20,000 nucleotides of DNA from Trypethelium eluteriae (Eukaryota), in assembly GCA_051942245.1 (NCBI GenBank), contig JAVECL010000045.1, positions 56,364 through 76,363 of the forward strand, in the 5' to 3' direction. Positions 1 through 9,814 of the stretch are shown piece by piece. A model generated the notes under the pieces. It worked only from the letters and a program-made list of their open reading frames with translations. It made no database searches and had not been told where the DNA came from. Numbering within the stretch: the first letter of the stretch is position 1; each line of letters begins with the position of its first letter. The position numbers and the translations under genes were made by a program.

Positions 1-348
1 GCAGATGCTTTTACTCGAGCATCACGCTTTCGCGCTTGCTCAATATGCTCAGACCTGCGGATATTAGTGAATGCTGACAACAGCGCGGAGTTGCGTCGTA
101 GCTACTTCGTACGGAGGTCAATGATGGATCTCACTCCATACCGGTCGACTAATTGCTTTCGTTCTCCGACTGAAGCCTCATCGGGCCTAGCTGAGCGGTA
201 GAGTCTTCCCGTCTTTAGTGTTCTGAAGCATCAGACAGTTGTTAGCAAAAGTAGATGATCCATTTTGGCTGGCATGTAGGCGAGCTCACTTTTGCCCGAG
301 GTGGCTGTTAACAGTCTCTGCTACATCTCTGAAGTTCAGAATTGCCAT
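1..348 (-). CDS. Protein tyrosine/serine phosphatase-like protein (Y_phosphatase3/IphP-like family), 5' part; runs off the window start
   Basis: Not in the ORF track. Exons 348-290, 222-106, 54-<1. Introns 289-223 (GTGAGC..GCTAAC..CAG) and 105-55 (GTAGCT..ACTAAT..CAG). Spliced translation MAILNFRDVAETVNSHLGQKTLKTGRLYRSARPDEASVGERKQLVDRYGVRSIIDLRTKSEHIEQARKRDARVKAS carries the family's NFRD, (L/F)YRSA and IIDLR..E motifs in order. The catalytic CX5R motif would lie outside the window. Confidence 0.88.
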
Positions 349-567
349 TGGTGGATTACTGAATGATACCTATGACCAAGGGTGCAAGCGTGCTGTTCCC
401 AAAACAGCAGCCTTGAGAGGCACGCGGGAAAGAACCGGATGGTAGGTACGTCAAAATATGGTATGTAGTGGGTACTGTACGTATGATCAAGGTCCCGCAA
501 TGCATCCCTGCGTCAATCTATGAGGTGTTTCGCATTGATCTCGGCGGTCGGCATGACGACGCTTGAC
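340..567. repeat. Direct repeat copy 1 (~228 bp): upstream region plus first 3 codons of the phosphatase gene
   Basis: Aligns by eye to 2322-2546, e.g. AATTGCCATTGGTGGA, AACAGCAGCCTT, GTCAAAATATGGTA, GTCCCGCAATG, GTCAATCTATG, GTTTCGCATTGATC, GTCGGCATGACG, CGCTTGAC. About 33 mismatches and 4 indels. Confidence 0.95.
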
Positions 568-1211
568 GTGTATCCACCGAGGAAAGAGAGTTTCTAGCGA
601 AGGGCGATCGGGCAGAGGACACTATAACAGAAAGGGCTCTGCAGACAACCTCGTCCTTAAGACGGCCATCCTCTTCAGAACCGTTGCTTTCACGAACGCC
701 ATATTTTCAAGAGCCGCCATTCTTCAGAACCTCCTATCCTTCGGAACTACCCTTTACAATCGTCATTCTCATGAATGCCACATTCTTACCTAGTTCTGCA
801 CAACGTCGATGCTTGCTAGCTATGTTCTCAAGATCTTACTTTCCTCAGATCTCACGGACATTATTTACCCAATAAAGTCGAGTGAGAAAGGTGACCACTT
901 TTGGATCTGCATATATAAACTTGTTGGTGATATTCGTTCACTTTCCAGTCTCAATTCCAAATAGTACGTACTTGCAACTATAGAAATACGTGCGACCTGG
1001 CCATCTCCTCGCTCGGTTTGCTCCTCGCACGGAGAGGTCCTCTCCTACTGCACCGCCGAGCGCAGAAGCTCTTCCAGTTTCGAGACTATCTATGGAAAAG
1101 TACGAATCGAAGCTATCGCAATAGGCTTCGTAAATCTTGGGACCTTAGTAGCGCGTGTCGAAAATATGAACCTACTGTCTCGACACATCTGCAGCCGCAA
1201 CTCATTATCAC

Positions 1212-2330
1212 TCATTCCAAATATGGTGGTGAACCTGAGCCCCGTATCAAGGGTATACGGTAGGTAAGAAACTTTGGGAGGGCCTCCACGACTACAGGAT
1301 TGTAGGGTCCAATTTTGCCTTCGTCCAGCTGAAAGGCATCCAAAAGCGTCCCTAGCGTAACGGCGATCTGGACTGCCTCCGGATTGACCTGACTGCGAAC
1401 ATTTTCAGGAATCTCGTCCCAAATCTCCTGCCAAAATCCTCTCTCGGCGTCCTCAAACTCGGGCGGCATGTGAAACTTCTTCTCAGAAAACTCGCCAGCA
1501 AGTGTGTGAACACGGCAAAACCCCATACCAAAGGGAAGAGGGGTCGATAATTCCCAGTCAACAATACCAGAGACTTTACAGTCACTGTCAACCATAATAT
1601 TAACATCATTTAGGTCGAAGTGAGCGATAAAAAGTGGTAGGTGTTTGAGCTGGTCTAATTGGCCACGTAAATCTCTCGCTATACCATGGAATTGACTAAT
1701 TTGGGTATCCTCAGAGGCCAGGAGTAGCTCCAAGTGCGGGTAAAGCTTGTGATTGACAACCAACTCACTATTGTCGTTGATATAGCCTCTCGATAGGATC
1801 CGGCCCAAAGATCGGACGGTGGTAATCCTTGTTTGTGAGACTTTCCCTCTTGCGCCATCAAGCCATGTTTTCCCTGGTATACACGTCATCCAGTAAACCC
1901 ATATGCCCTCACATTCCAGCTCTGTATTCTGGATTACTTCAACATCAGGGACTACCGCGCCAAGCACTCTCCGGGCAACCTGAAAGGGCTCAAGATCTAG
2001 GGGTTCGGGTCGGAACTGTATAACAACGTCTTCGCCATTCTGCAGTGTTACAATGGCCGTCCTACTGAAAAACCCTTGTGGTCGGGGTCCTCGAGCCTTC
2101 TTGGCGGCAATGCCTGAGTGCAAGTGGGCCAGTCGCCGCGCTTGTGTGGTCTGCTTCGAGGGCGTATTCAAGCACTTTGGAAGGTCGGCATCAGAGGTAA
2201 TCTCAATAGTCATAATGTCTTCGACATGTGACTTAAGTAAAGTGATAAGATAGATGATGGGTGAAGATTGAATGGAAGAGCGCCGTCGTGGTGAAGGCAG
2301 CGGTATCGATTGTTGACAATTAATTGCCAT
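1212..2330 (-). CDS. Aminoglycoside phosphotransferase (APH)/protein-kinase-like fold protein, intronless
   Basis: 372-codon ORF with the Brenner-type motif HFDLNDVNIMV followed by GIVDWE, plus an N-lobe segment PQGFFSRT...VIQFR. The alternative and probably ancestral start is Met40 at 2213 (MTIEITSD). Confidence 0.85.
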   Translation of the reverse strand: MAINCQQSIPLPSPRRRSSIQSSPIIYLITLLKSHVEDIMTIEITSDADLPKCLNTPSKQTTQARRLAHLHSGIAAKKARGPRPQGFFSRTAIVTLQNGEDVVIQFRPEPLDLEPFQVARRVLGAVVPDVEVIQNTELECEGIWVYWMTCIPGKTWLDGARGKVSQTRITTVRSLGRILSRGYINDNSELVVNHKLYPHLELLLASEDTQISQFHGIARDLRGQLDQLKHLPLFIAHFDLNDVNIMVDSDCKVSGIVDWELSTPLPFGMGFCRVHTLAGEFSEKKFHMPPEFEDAERGFWQEIWDEIPENVRSQVNPEAVQIAVTLGTLLDAFQLDEGKIGPYNPVVVEALPKFLTYRIPLIRGSGSPPYLE

Positions 2331-2546
2331 TGGTGGACTATTAAATAATGCCTATTACTAAGCATTTTATTTCCAGAACAGCAGCCTTAACAGGCACGCG
2401 AGGTGCGAGGAAGAACCCGGTGGTATGTATGTCAAAATATGGTAGTGGGTACTGAGTATATATGATCGACGTCCCGCAATGAATCCCTGTGTCAATCTAT
2501 GGGGCGTTTCGCATTGATCACGGTTGTCGGCATGACGGCGCTTGAC
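2322..2546. repeat. Direct repeat copy 2 (~225 bp), immediately 5' of and overlapping the start codon of the APH-like ORF
   Basis: Same orientation as 340-567, offset 1982 bp at the ATG. Similarity stops exactly after ATG GCA ATT on the minus strand. Confidence 0.95.
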
Positions 2547-2998
2547 CTTTGCGAGTGATTCCATGCCTCAAAAATGATAGTCCTGGGGCGATTAGCCTTG
2601 GTAATTAGAGTGCTACGGCTTCCGAAATGGACTGGCTTGGTCCCCAAAGTGTCATCCGGCAAGGCGGTTAGTGGTTAGCTGCAGCCACAGTTGAGGCGAT
2701 TGGCCGTTGCCGTGGCTTGAGCTCCCGAAGGACGTACGTCATAGTCAAGTCTAGAGGTAGGGAGGCAGCCTTTACCATTCCTCCGTGCACAAGGTGACGG
2801 TCTGTCTCCGCTCCATTTTGCCTAATGCTTTACATCTCTACTGCCTGCGTCGGCCATGCCTTTGGGCACTTTCTAAGTCTACTACTTCCCTTTCGTTTGT
2901 GACTGTGCTCGTGATTTGACCACGACCCCCGAGTCAAAGTCGCTTCCACCCCCAAACAACGAGGCGCATTCTCCAGACCGCTGTGCTGCTTTACTACA

Positions 2999-5900
2999 AT
3001 GAACCCAATCAGCTCTTTTTGGGCTGGCTCGAAAGCCGACCGGCCCTCTGATGCCTCAGCGACAGCCACAGAATCGCAGACTGTGCCAGCGACAGGCGAT
3101 TTAGTCGAGCAGAATACTGGTCAGGCTCCTGTAGACGACGCACCGCAATCGAGATCAAATGGCTCCGGTACAATGCTCTGCCCTGATCCATCGGCACATC
3201 ATTCCTCGCCAAATTCCAAGCTTTCAGCGTCGGGTGCGAGTGCCGGACTCTACAAGACGGATCCTAACAAAAATACTGCAACATCCCCCACTTACCCGCT
3301 GGACAAAGACGGAAAGCTTTCATCTGCAGGTGAGATCTCACAGCTTAATCCCGAGAATGTCTACGTGTGCGCTGTCTAACCGTCTCGAAAATAGGCGCGG
3401 CAACTTCCTTGAAGCACGCGAGAGCTTCGGATTTACCAAGTTATCCTGTATTAGGTATCGACCGACAATCGGCGGCGGGCGCAGCTGCAAGCCTTGGATT
3501 TGCGAATCAGAAATCGTTCGAGCATTGGAAGCCCGATCCCTCATCACATGCAGGCAAGGCAGCGCTTTTGGCACACGATTATAAGATGAAGCCCGTATGG
3601 CAGCCGGAGTTAAGTGCTGCTGGGTCTAAAGCTGCCATTCTTGCCCATAAAGGTGGTCCAAATCTAAATCTATGGGAACCAGAAGCTAGTAAGGAAGGCA
3701 ATTCTGCAGCTGGCATTGCCCTGCGTAATCGAGAATTAAGCCCAACGCTGGACTATGGGTACACAGCTGATGGTCGCAAAAATGCCCTGGTAGCAGCGAC
3801 AGGCGCTGTGGGTAGAAGTAGATCTGGATCAACACCTACCCCCGTGAAACAATCATATCCGGATGCTCACAATGCTCCTTACAATGCACTCAATGCCGCA
3901 ACAATAGCTCATAAGCCGAGTACCAAGTCCACCCCGGAAGATGCCAATTTGATTGACTCCAATGCCATGCAATCTGCGCGTATCACGCATTATGGAGCAA
4001 ACGTATCAAGAGAAATGTTTACGGAGCACCCGCCAGTCGAGCCCGAGGTGGAGGAAAAGAAGAAGAATGACGCGCTACGTGGAGCCTCATTGTCCATGGC
4101 GAAGCAAATGTATGCTATGCAACAACAAGCGATCGAAGAAGCAGCAGCTGGAGATGATGGCTATGATGCAGGTCAAGCGGCAGCATCACTGGCTGGAAAT
4201 CGACAATCTATGGCCAGCACACACACCCTTGACATCAAGCAACAAGCAATGCAGTACATTCATCTCCAAGAAACTGCGCAGAAGCTTGCAGCTGATCGAC
4301 TGGCGAAACTTGATGCTGAAGACCATGGTGCGTACCGTCGACATTTCGGTTTTCATGTCGAGCCTCAACGATCACGATTGTCCATACGTAATCGTAACAG
4401 TGCGCGCCGCGCCTCCAGTGAGGGAAAGCGGCCTTCTACTGCATCTGATGACGATGAACTAAGATCGCGGAGGATACGACATCAAATGTCGGAATTTCAA
4501 GACCAGGTTAAGCAAGTCGACGCCAAAAAGCGCCAAAAAGACCGCGAAAACCTCCTCGCAGCCGCTGAACGAAGCGTACAGTCTCGTTTGCATGCTATGG
4601 ATGAGCGTGTCTTTGCCGAAACCGGGAAAGTCTCGCCTGCTATGCTAGAAGAATGGGAAGCCAAAGCTCGCGCAAAGGCAGCAAAGGAAAGCGAATCGCG
4701 GATGCAGAATCGTGGCTTGATCGATGTGGGTGGAGGTAAGCTCTTGGAGCAGAGCGAGATTGACCGAATCGCAGCGGAAAGAGTGCAGCCTACACTGGAT
4801 GAGGTCAATCATGAAGCTGAGCAACACAGGGCAAGAGATGAAGAGATGAGATTGGATGCTGAAGAGAAGAAGCGCCATGCTCAAGTAGAGAAGGACAGGG
4901 ATAGAGAAACGAAAGCTGAGCAGAAGAGAGCGAAGGGTAAGATGATTACCGCCTGTTTGATACAATATGCGCATTCTTACCGTTGACAATGTAGATGAAG
5001 AGAAGCGGGCTTCCAAAGCCAAGAAAGAAGAAGAAAAGCAGGCTGCCAAGGCAGAAAAGCAAGCCAAGAAGGACGAGAAGCGAAAGTCCAAGGAAATCAA
5101 GAGAGGTACCGATCCCGCTACTGCAACAGCTGTTGAAGTTGAGCAAGTTGCCGCCGGTACAGGTACCGACCAGCCACACACGGCACAAGGCGAAGAGGGC
5201 GACGAGGCTGAGGAAGACGAGGACGCGGAACCACCAACACAAGCAAGTCAGTAAAGCCACACTGATGTCAATGATAATGCACATGATTTTGCGAATCATG
5301 TAACTTCAACCCTCATTGCTGACAATGATAAAGCTAACGTAGCACCTACTCTCGCGCCTGCCCCCGAGACTCAGCAGTCAACCACAGCCAACGACATGTC
5401 GACATCCGAGCCCGTTGACGAGCCAGCCACACAAAAAGCCGAAAAAGCACCCATCCCCCCAGTCACCGTCCCCGCCAGAAGCGAAAAGCCCGCCGAGACA
5501 TCCCCAACATCCCCAACATCACCTACTAAATCCAGTGGGCTGAAATCCCTCTTCTCTAAACTCCACCGCAAATCCAAAAGCACCTCCGAACCAGGTAGAA
5601 TCACCATCACCCACCCTCACACCTACGGCGGTACCTCCGCCGCCGCCGACACCGCCGTCACGGAAGAGGGCTCGGCGCCCCGCACGTCTTCCTCGCTCGC
5701 CCCGCGCTCCTCCATCACAACGACGACCAATGAGCCCAAGACCTCGTACGAGAGCAGCGCGGCGCATGCGCCACCGTCCGTCAGCGCGCGGGATTCGGTA
5801 TCGGAGGTTGCTGCAGGCGGAGAGAATCCTCGACACAGCACGGCTGAAGAGAGCAGCGCTGTCAGCGATCTGAGTGCGGAGTTCGAAGAGGCGAGGGATG

Positions 5901-6007
5901 GGTTCAATGAGGCGGCGGCGCCGGTGCTGCATTTTGCTAGTGCGGGGAAGAAGTCGGGCGAGGGTGCGAGTGTGGGGAGGGAGACGAGGTTTCGGGAGGA
6001 GGTGTGA
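2999..6007 (+). CDS. EIS1: Eisosome assembly protein Eis1-like
   Basis: Exons 2999 (or ATG 3173)-3329, 3395-4936, 4995-5246, ~5334-6007. Introns 3330-3394 (GTGAGA..CTAAC..TAG), 4937-4994 (GTAAGA..TTGAC..TAG) and 5247-5333 (GTCAGT..GCTGAC..AAG; in-frame alternative acceptor at 5342). Recognisable segments: GKLSSAGAATSLK, repeated W.P..S.AG.AA.LA units, DVGGGK, a Lys/Glu coiled coil and C-terminal RETRFREEV. Confidence 0.8.
5498..5527 (+). repeat. 9-bp coding tandem repeat (ACATCCCCA x2, ACATCACCT) encoding TSPTSPTSPT
   Basis: Seen directly in the last EIS1-like exon. Confidence 0.8.
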
Positions 6008-6380
6008 GCGCGTCTTGATAGGCGTTCTTGGGTTCCGGATGGGAAAGGGATGCGTGCTTGTGGGATTGTAGGGATATGCTGGCGGCGCGGTATGGGTCCT
6101 TGCCTTGGGTTGAGCAGTAGTGGATTTCGGGGTCGCCATCTGGGCTATATGTGGTGGTTTATACCTCGTTCGTTAGGCTTGGACGGCTGTTGAGTTTTGT
6201 TTTCCTCTTTGCCTTTGCCTTCGGGGCGGATGTTACGGCTGTGATGCGTCTCCCAAGCATATATGTGATACCCGTAGTAATGATGACCATCAATCAACTC
6301 GTGACGGTCTGACGAATGCTTTCAGAGCAAATTTCCCGACTGCCTTTGACATGTAATGGCGATCTTCATTGAAAACCTGG

Positions 6381-7649
6381 TCATCGCTTCATTGATGAAA
6401 AATCCAGCTTCCTCGCAACCTTGTCACTCCTGCCCTCCGGTAGCTCTCCTCCTCTCCTCTTTAGCTCCTCCGCCATTTTCTTTTCACCACCACCCTTCTT
6501 GGGTAGATTCTCTTTTTTGGTCGGCTTCGGCTCGGCAGACCACCATTCATGCTGAAGGATTTGCTTCGCAGTCACCCTCTTCCTCGGATCTAACACGAGC
6601 ATCTTCATCAATAGGTCCACACCCATTGGTCCCGCCGTTCCGAAGAGCCCCAGAAAGTAGTTTCGGTCTCTTACCGGGACGATGTTTTTCTTCTCCACCG
6701 GGACATAATCCGGCAGCTTCGAAACGCCGGGCCAATTCTCCTCCGTCGGCGTCCCCAACGCCTGCCCAATCAAATGAACCTGATCCAGCTCCGTCTGGCC
6801 CGCCATAAACGGTGTCCTCAGTATCAGCTCGGCAAACACCGTTCCCATACTCCACACATCGACCGCGCCCCCATAATGCCGTGCGCCGTAGAACAGCTCG
6901 GGGGGGCGATACCAGCGCGTGATGACCTGATGCGACATCGGCATCGCGGGATCAGCAAAACCCCTCGCCAACCCAAAATCAGCAAGCTTGACCTCCCCGT
7001 CGGCGGCGATTAGCAGGTTGTTGGGCTTGATGTCGCGGTGGAGCACGAAGTTCGTGTGGCAGAACCAGACGGCGCGGCCTAGCATGCCCATCCAGGCCTT
7101 GATGTCCGCGACGCCGTAGGCGATGCGGGCGGTGTCCTTGATGAGCTGCTCGAGGTCGCCCAGGGGCAGGTATTCGAGGACGAGGTTGAGGTTCTGGTTC
7201 TTGGAGGAGAAGACGGTCTGGAGGGCGATGATGTTTGGATGGGAGAGCTCCTGCAGGAACTTGACTTCGCGGATGGCGTCCATGCTGAGGCCGTCTTTGA
7301 ATTCGGTTTGGACTTTGATCTTCTTGATGGCGACGAGGGTGCTGGGGGAGGTGCGGTGGTGGCCGAGATAAACGATGGCGTAGGTGCCTTCGCCGAGTTT
7401 CTTGTCTGATAAGATGGTCAGTTGAAGAGCAGTTGAGAGATCGTAGGCTGAACGACCTTTGACGTATTTGCGCTTCTCATTCTCATTAAGTTGTTCTGCC
7501 ATTTCGCTCGTTGAGTCCATCGTTTGCGGACTAGGCGGTGGTTTTGACTTGGGAGTTCCCTGAAGGATTGGAAGAGCTTTTGCTTTCGCCGCTTTCACCT
7601 CCGAGTTCGCTGCAGCCGCAGGTGGGCCTACAAGCGGTGATACAGCCAT
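6381..7649 (-). CDS. KIN28: TFIIH serine/threonine kinase Kin28/CDK7
   Basis: ATG at 7649 (MAVSPL). Intron 7456-7406 (GTCGTT..CTGAC..CAG). Motifs GEGTYA, VAIKKIK, DGLSMDAIRE (CDK7-type cyclin-binding helix), HRDIKPNN, DFGLAR, HQVITRWYRPPEL and C-terminal ARKLDF. Confidence 0.95.
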   Translation of the reverse strand: MAVSPLVGPPAAAANSEVKAAKAKALPILQGTPKSKPPPSPQTMDSTSEMAEQLNENEKRKYVKGRSAYDLSTALQLTILSDKKLGEGTYAIVYLGHHRTSPSTLVAIKKIKVQTEFKDGLSMDAIREVKFLQELSHPNIIALQTVFSSKNQNLNLVLEYLPLGDLEQLIKDTARIAYGVADIKAWMGMLGRAVWFCHTNFVLHRDIKPNNLLIAADGEVKLADFGLARGFADPAMPMSHQVITRWYRPPELFYGARHYGGAVDVWSMGTVFAELILRTPFMAGQTELDQVHLIGQALGTPTEENWPGVSKLPDYVPVEKKNIVPVRDRNYFLGLFGTAGPMGVDLLMKMLVLDPRKRVTAKQILQHEWWSAEPKPTKKENLPKKGGGEKKMAEELKRRGGELPEGRSDKVARKLDFSSMKR

Positions 7650-8084
7650 GTTTGATACTGTTGGGGGGTCGAATATCACAGGTAATGTCGAAGCAATGAT
7701 GAGCAGAGCGCAGGCATTCCGCGTATTCTTCAAGGCAACAAGAAAGAGAGCACAGTCATCCTGACGCACTCCGTTGATCACGATATGCTTCGCTTGAGCT
7801 CGGCGATCATTGTGTACGAATTCAAGTCAATGTCTAATATTCAGAGGGTGAGGTCCTATAAAGGTACCAGGGGATCCTTGCTCGCGTGTGCGGCATGCTT
7901 CCCCCGTCCGCACCGCCAAAAAATCCTAAGTACCACGAGTACCTTAGTACCTCGGAAGACCACCTGTTGCAACAAAAGAACACCATTGCCATTCCCCCAA
8001 TTGTAAATATATACCTCTTGGTGGCATATCTGTAGCTCAATTGAGCTTCGTCGATCTTTACCCAGCCACTCAAACAAAGTTAAC

Positions 8085-9814
8085 ATGTCGAAAGTTGAAG
8101 AAAATCCATCCGAAGACTCTTTCGAATTCATTGAAACTCCTCCCGCACCAGACCAGAAGCCCTACGCGAAGGATTATGGCGTTCGTACCACAAACGTATG
8201 TTTTTGGAGCAGATACTATAGAGCGAATCTTCCTTCCTTAGCCTCAATGCTGATCACTTGCTAGTATCCTGCTATTAAAAACGCGCCTTTGCCAGCAGAT
8301 GCCGCGGGCAGCGAGAGCTTCTCCAACGTAGTGTTGATTTCTCTTCTTGCCGTCATTCCATGGTACATTTCTCGACAAGTCGGCGGTGGCTTGATAACAT
8401 GGATCTTCTTTGCCATCCTCACCGCCATTCCCATTCTTATGGCCTTTTGGACCTTCGCTTCTAGCATGTCCCCACGTAAGAACGAGAAGGCCAAATACCC
8501 AGGAGCACCAATCGAGCACTATCTGACCTTCCATAATCCTGCTGACAGAGCTAAGTATCATGGGAAAAACAAGATACCTATGCACACATTGTCCGAAATG
8601 TATTTCGATGGTAAGGTAAGCTTCAATGGTGACGCCCTAGAAGTTCTGGAGTATAGGCACGATTGGGCCAGCTTCCGCTTTACCCTTGGCCTCTACTGGT
8701 TCTTCTTGACGGGCACCATTCCCGAAGCCCTCATGCATACTAGGTCACAAGGTACGAATCCTCAAAGTTTCATCGCTACATGACAATGAGTTGACCGTCG
8801 CTTAGACGAAGAACAAGTCCGCGACCACTATGACCGCGGTGATGACTTCTACGGCTGGTTTCTTGGCCCTCGCATGGTGTACACTTCCGGCATTATCTCA
8901 GACCCCAACCGGGAAGAATCCCTCGAAGAACTCCAAGACAACAAGCTCGGCATCGTTTGCGAGAAGGTCGGCCTCAAAGCCGGAGAGAAAATGCTTGATA
9001 TTGGCTGTGGTTGGGGCACGCTAGCCAAGTATGCATCTGTCTTTTATGGAGCACATGTCACGGGAGTGACCTTGGGGAGGAACCAAACAGCGTGGGGCAA
9101 CAGCGGATTGAGGAAGGCGGGAATCAGCGAGGAACAAAGTCGGATCGAGTGTATGGATTACCGCGATATTTCAGTGCCCCAGGGAGGTTATAATAAAATC
9201 ACTTGTCTGGAGATGGCAGAGCATGTTGGCGTTCGACATTTCTCTACTTTCTTGAAGCAAGTATATGACATGTTGGATGATGACGGCGTTTTCTTTCTGC
9301 AGATTGCCGGTCTTAGGAAAAGCTGGCAGTATGAGGATCTTATCTGGGGACTTTTCATGAACAAGTACGTCTTCCCCGGTGCGGATGCCAGCACCCCACT
9401 AGGCTGGTTCATAGACAAACTCGAAGGTGCTGGATTCGAAGTCAAGGGTGTTGACACCGTGGGTCTGCACTACAGTGCTACGATTTGGAGATGGTACAGG
9501 AATTGGATTGCAAACCGGGAGAAGGTTGAGGCGAAGTATGGGAAACGCTGGTTCAGAGTGAGCTTTCCGATTGCAGTACCGCAGACTCGAACGAGCATGC
9601 TAATTCTTATTCCCAGATATGGGAGTACTTCCTTGCCTATTCCACTATCATCTCTCGTCAAGGCAGCGCCACTTGCTACCAGATTACGCTTGTCAAGAAC
9701 CTCAACTCCACTCATCGTATTGAAGGCGTTCCTAACCAATTTGGTCTCAAAGGCGCTTTGGAAGCTGCAAAGGCGAAACGCTCGGCATACAATTCTCCAG
9801 TAGTCCCTTCTTAG
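8085..9814 (+). CDS. MTS1: Sphingolipid C9-methyltransferase (cyclopropane-fatty-acyl synthase-like SAM methyltransferase)
   Basis: Exons 8085-8195, 8265-8751, 8806-9557, 9617-9814 with canonical GT-AG introns. Two N-terminal hydrophobic helices, then HTRSQDEEQVRDHYDRGDDFY, the SAM motif LDIGCGWG, KITCLEMAEHVG, YVFPGAD and IWEYFLAYSTIISRQG. Confidence 0.93.

Noticed and set aside
239..1263. Short plus-strand ORFs (239-445, 563-793, 684-875, 1018-1263)
   Set aside because: Non-ATG starts and no recognisable motifs; the first is antisense to the phosphatase exons.
340..2546. LTR retrotransposon or TRIM interpretation of the direct repeats
   Set aside because: No TG..CA termini, target-site duplication or gag/pol remnants were seen, and the repeat coincides with a host gene's 5' region and start codon.
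2322..2546. RIP signature between the repeat copies
   Set aside because: About 24 of 33 differences are transitions, but only about 6 are in CpA/TpG context. Transversions and indels are also present, so this is not distinguishable from ordinary divergence by eye.
2580..2780. Possible tRNA, 5S or other ncRNA in the GC-rich intergenic stretch
   Set aside because: No cloverleaf, A/B boxes or 5S similarity were recognisable.
4186..6808. Long antisense or alternate-frame ORFs (e.g. 4645-5181, 5519-6139, 6356-6808)
   Set aside because: Shadows of the biased, GC-rich EIS1-like and KIN28 coding sequences.
7650..7781. N-terminal extension of KIN28 in the ORF track
   Set aside because: It starts at GTG; the ATG at 7649 in AAACATGG context is the better start.
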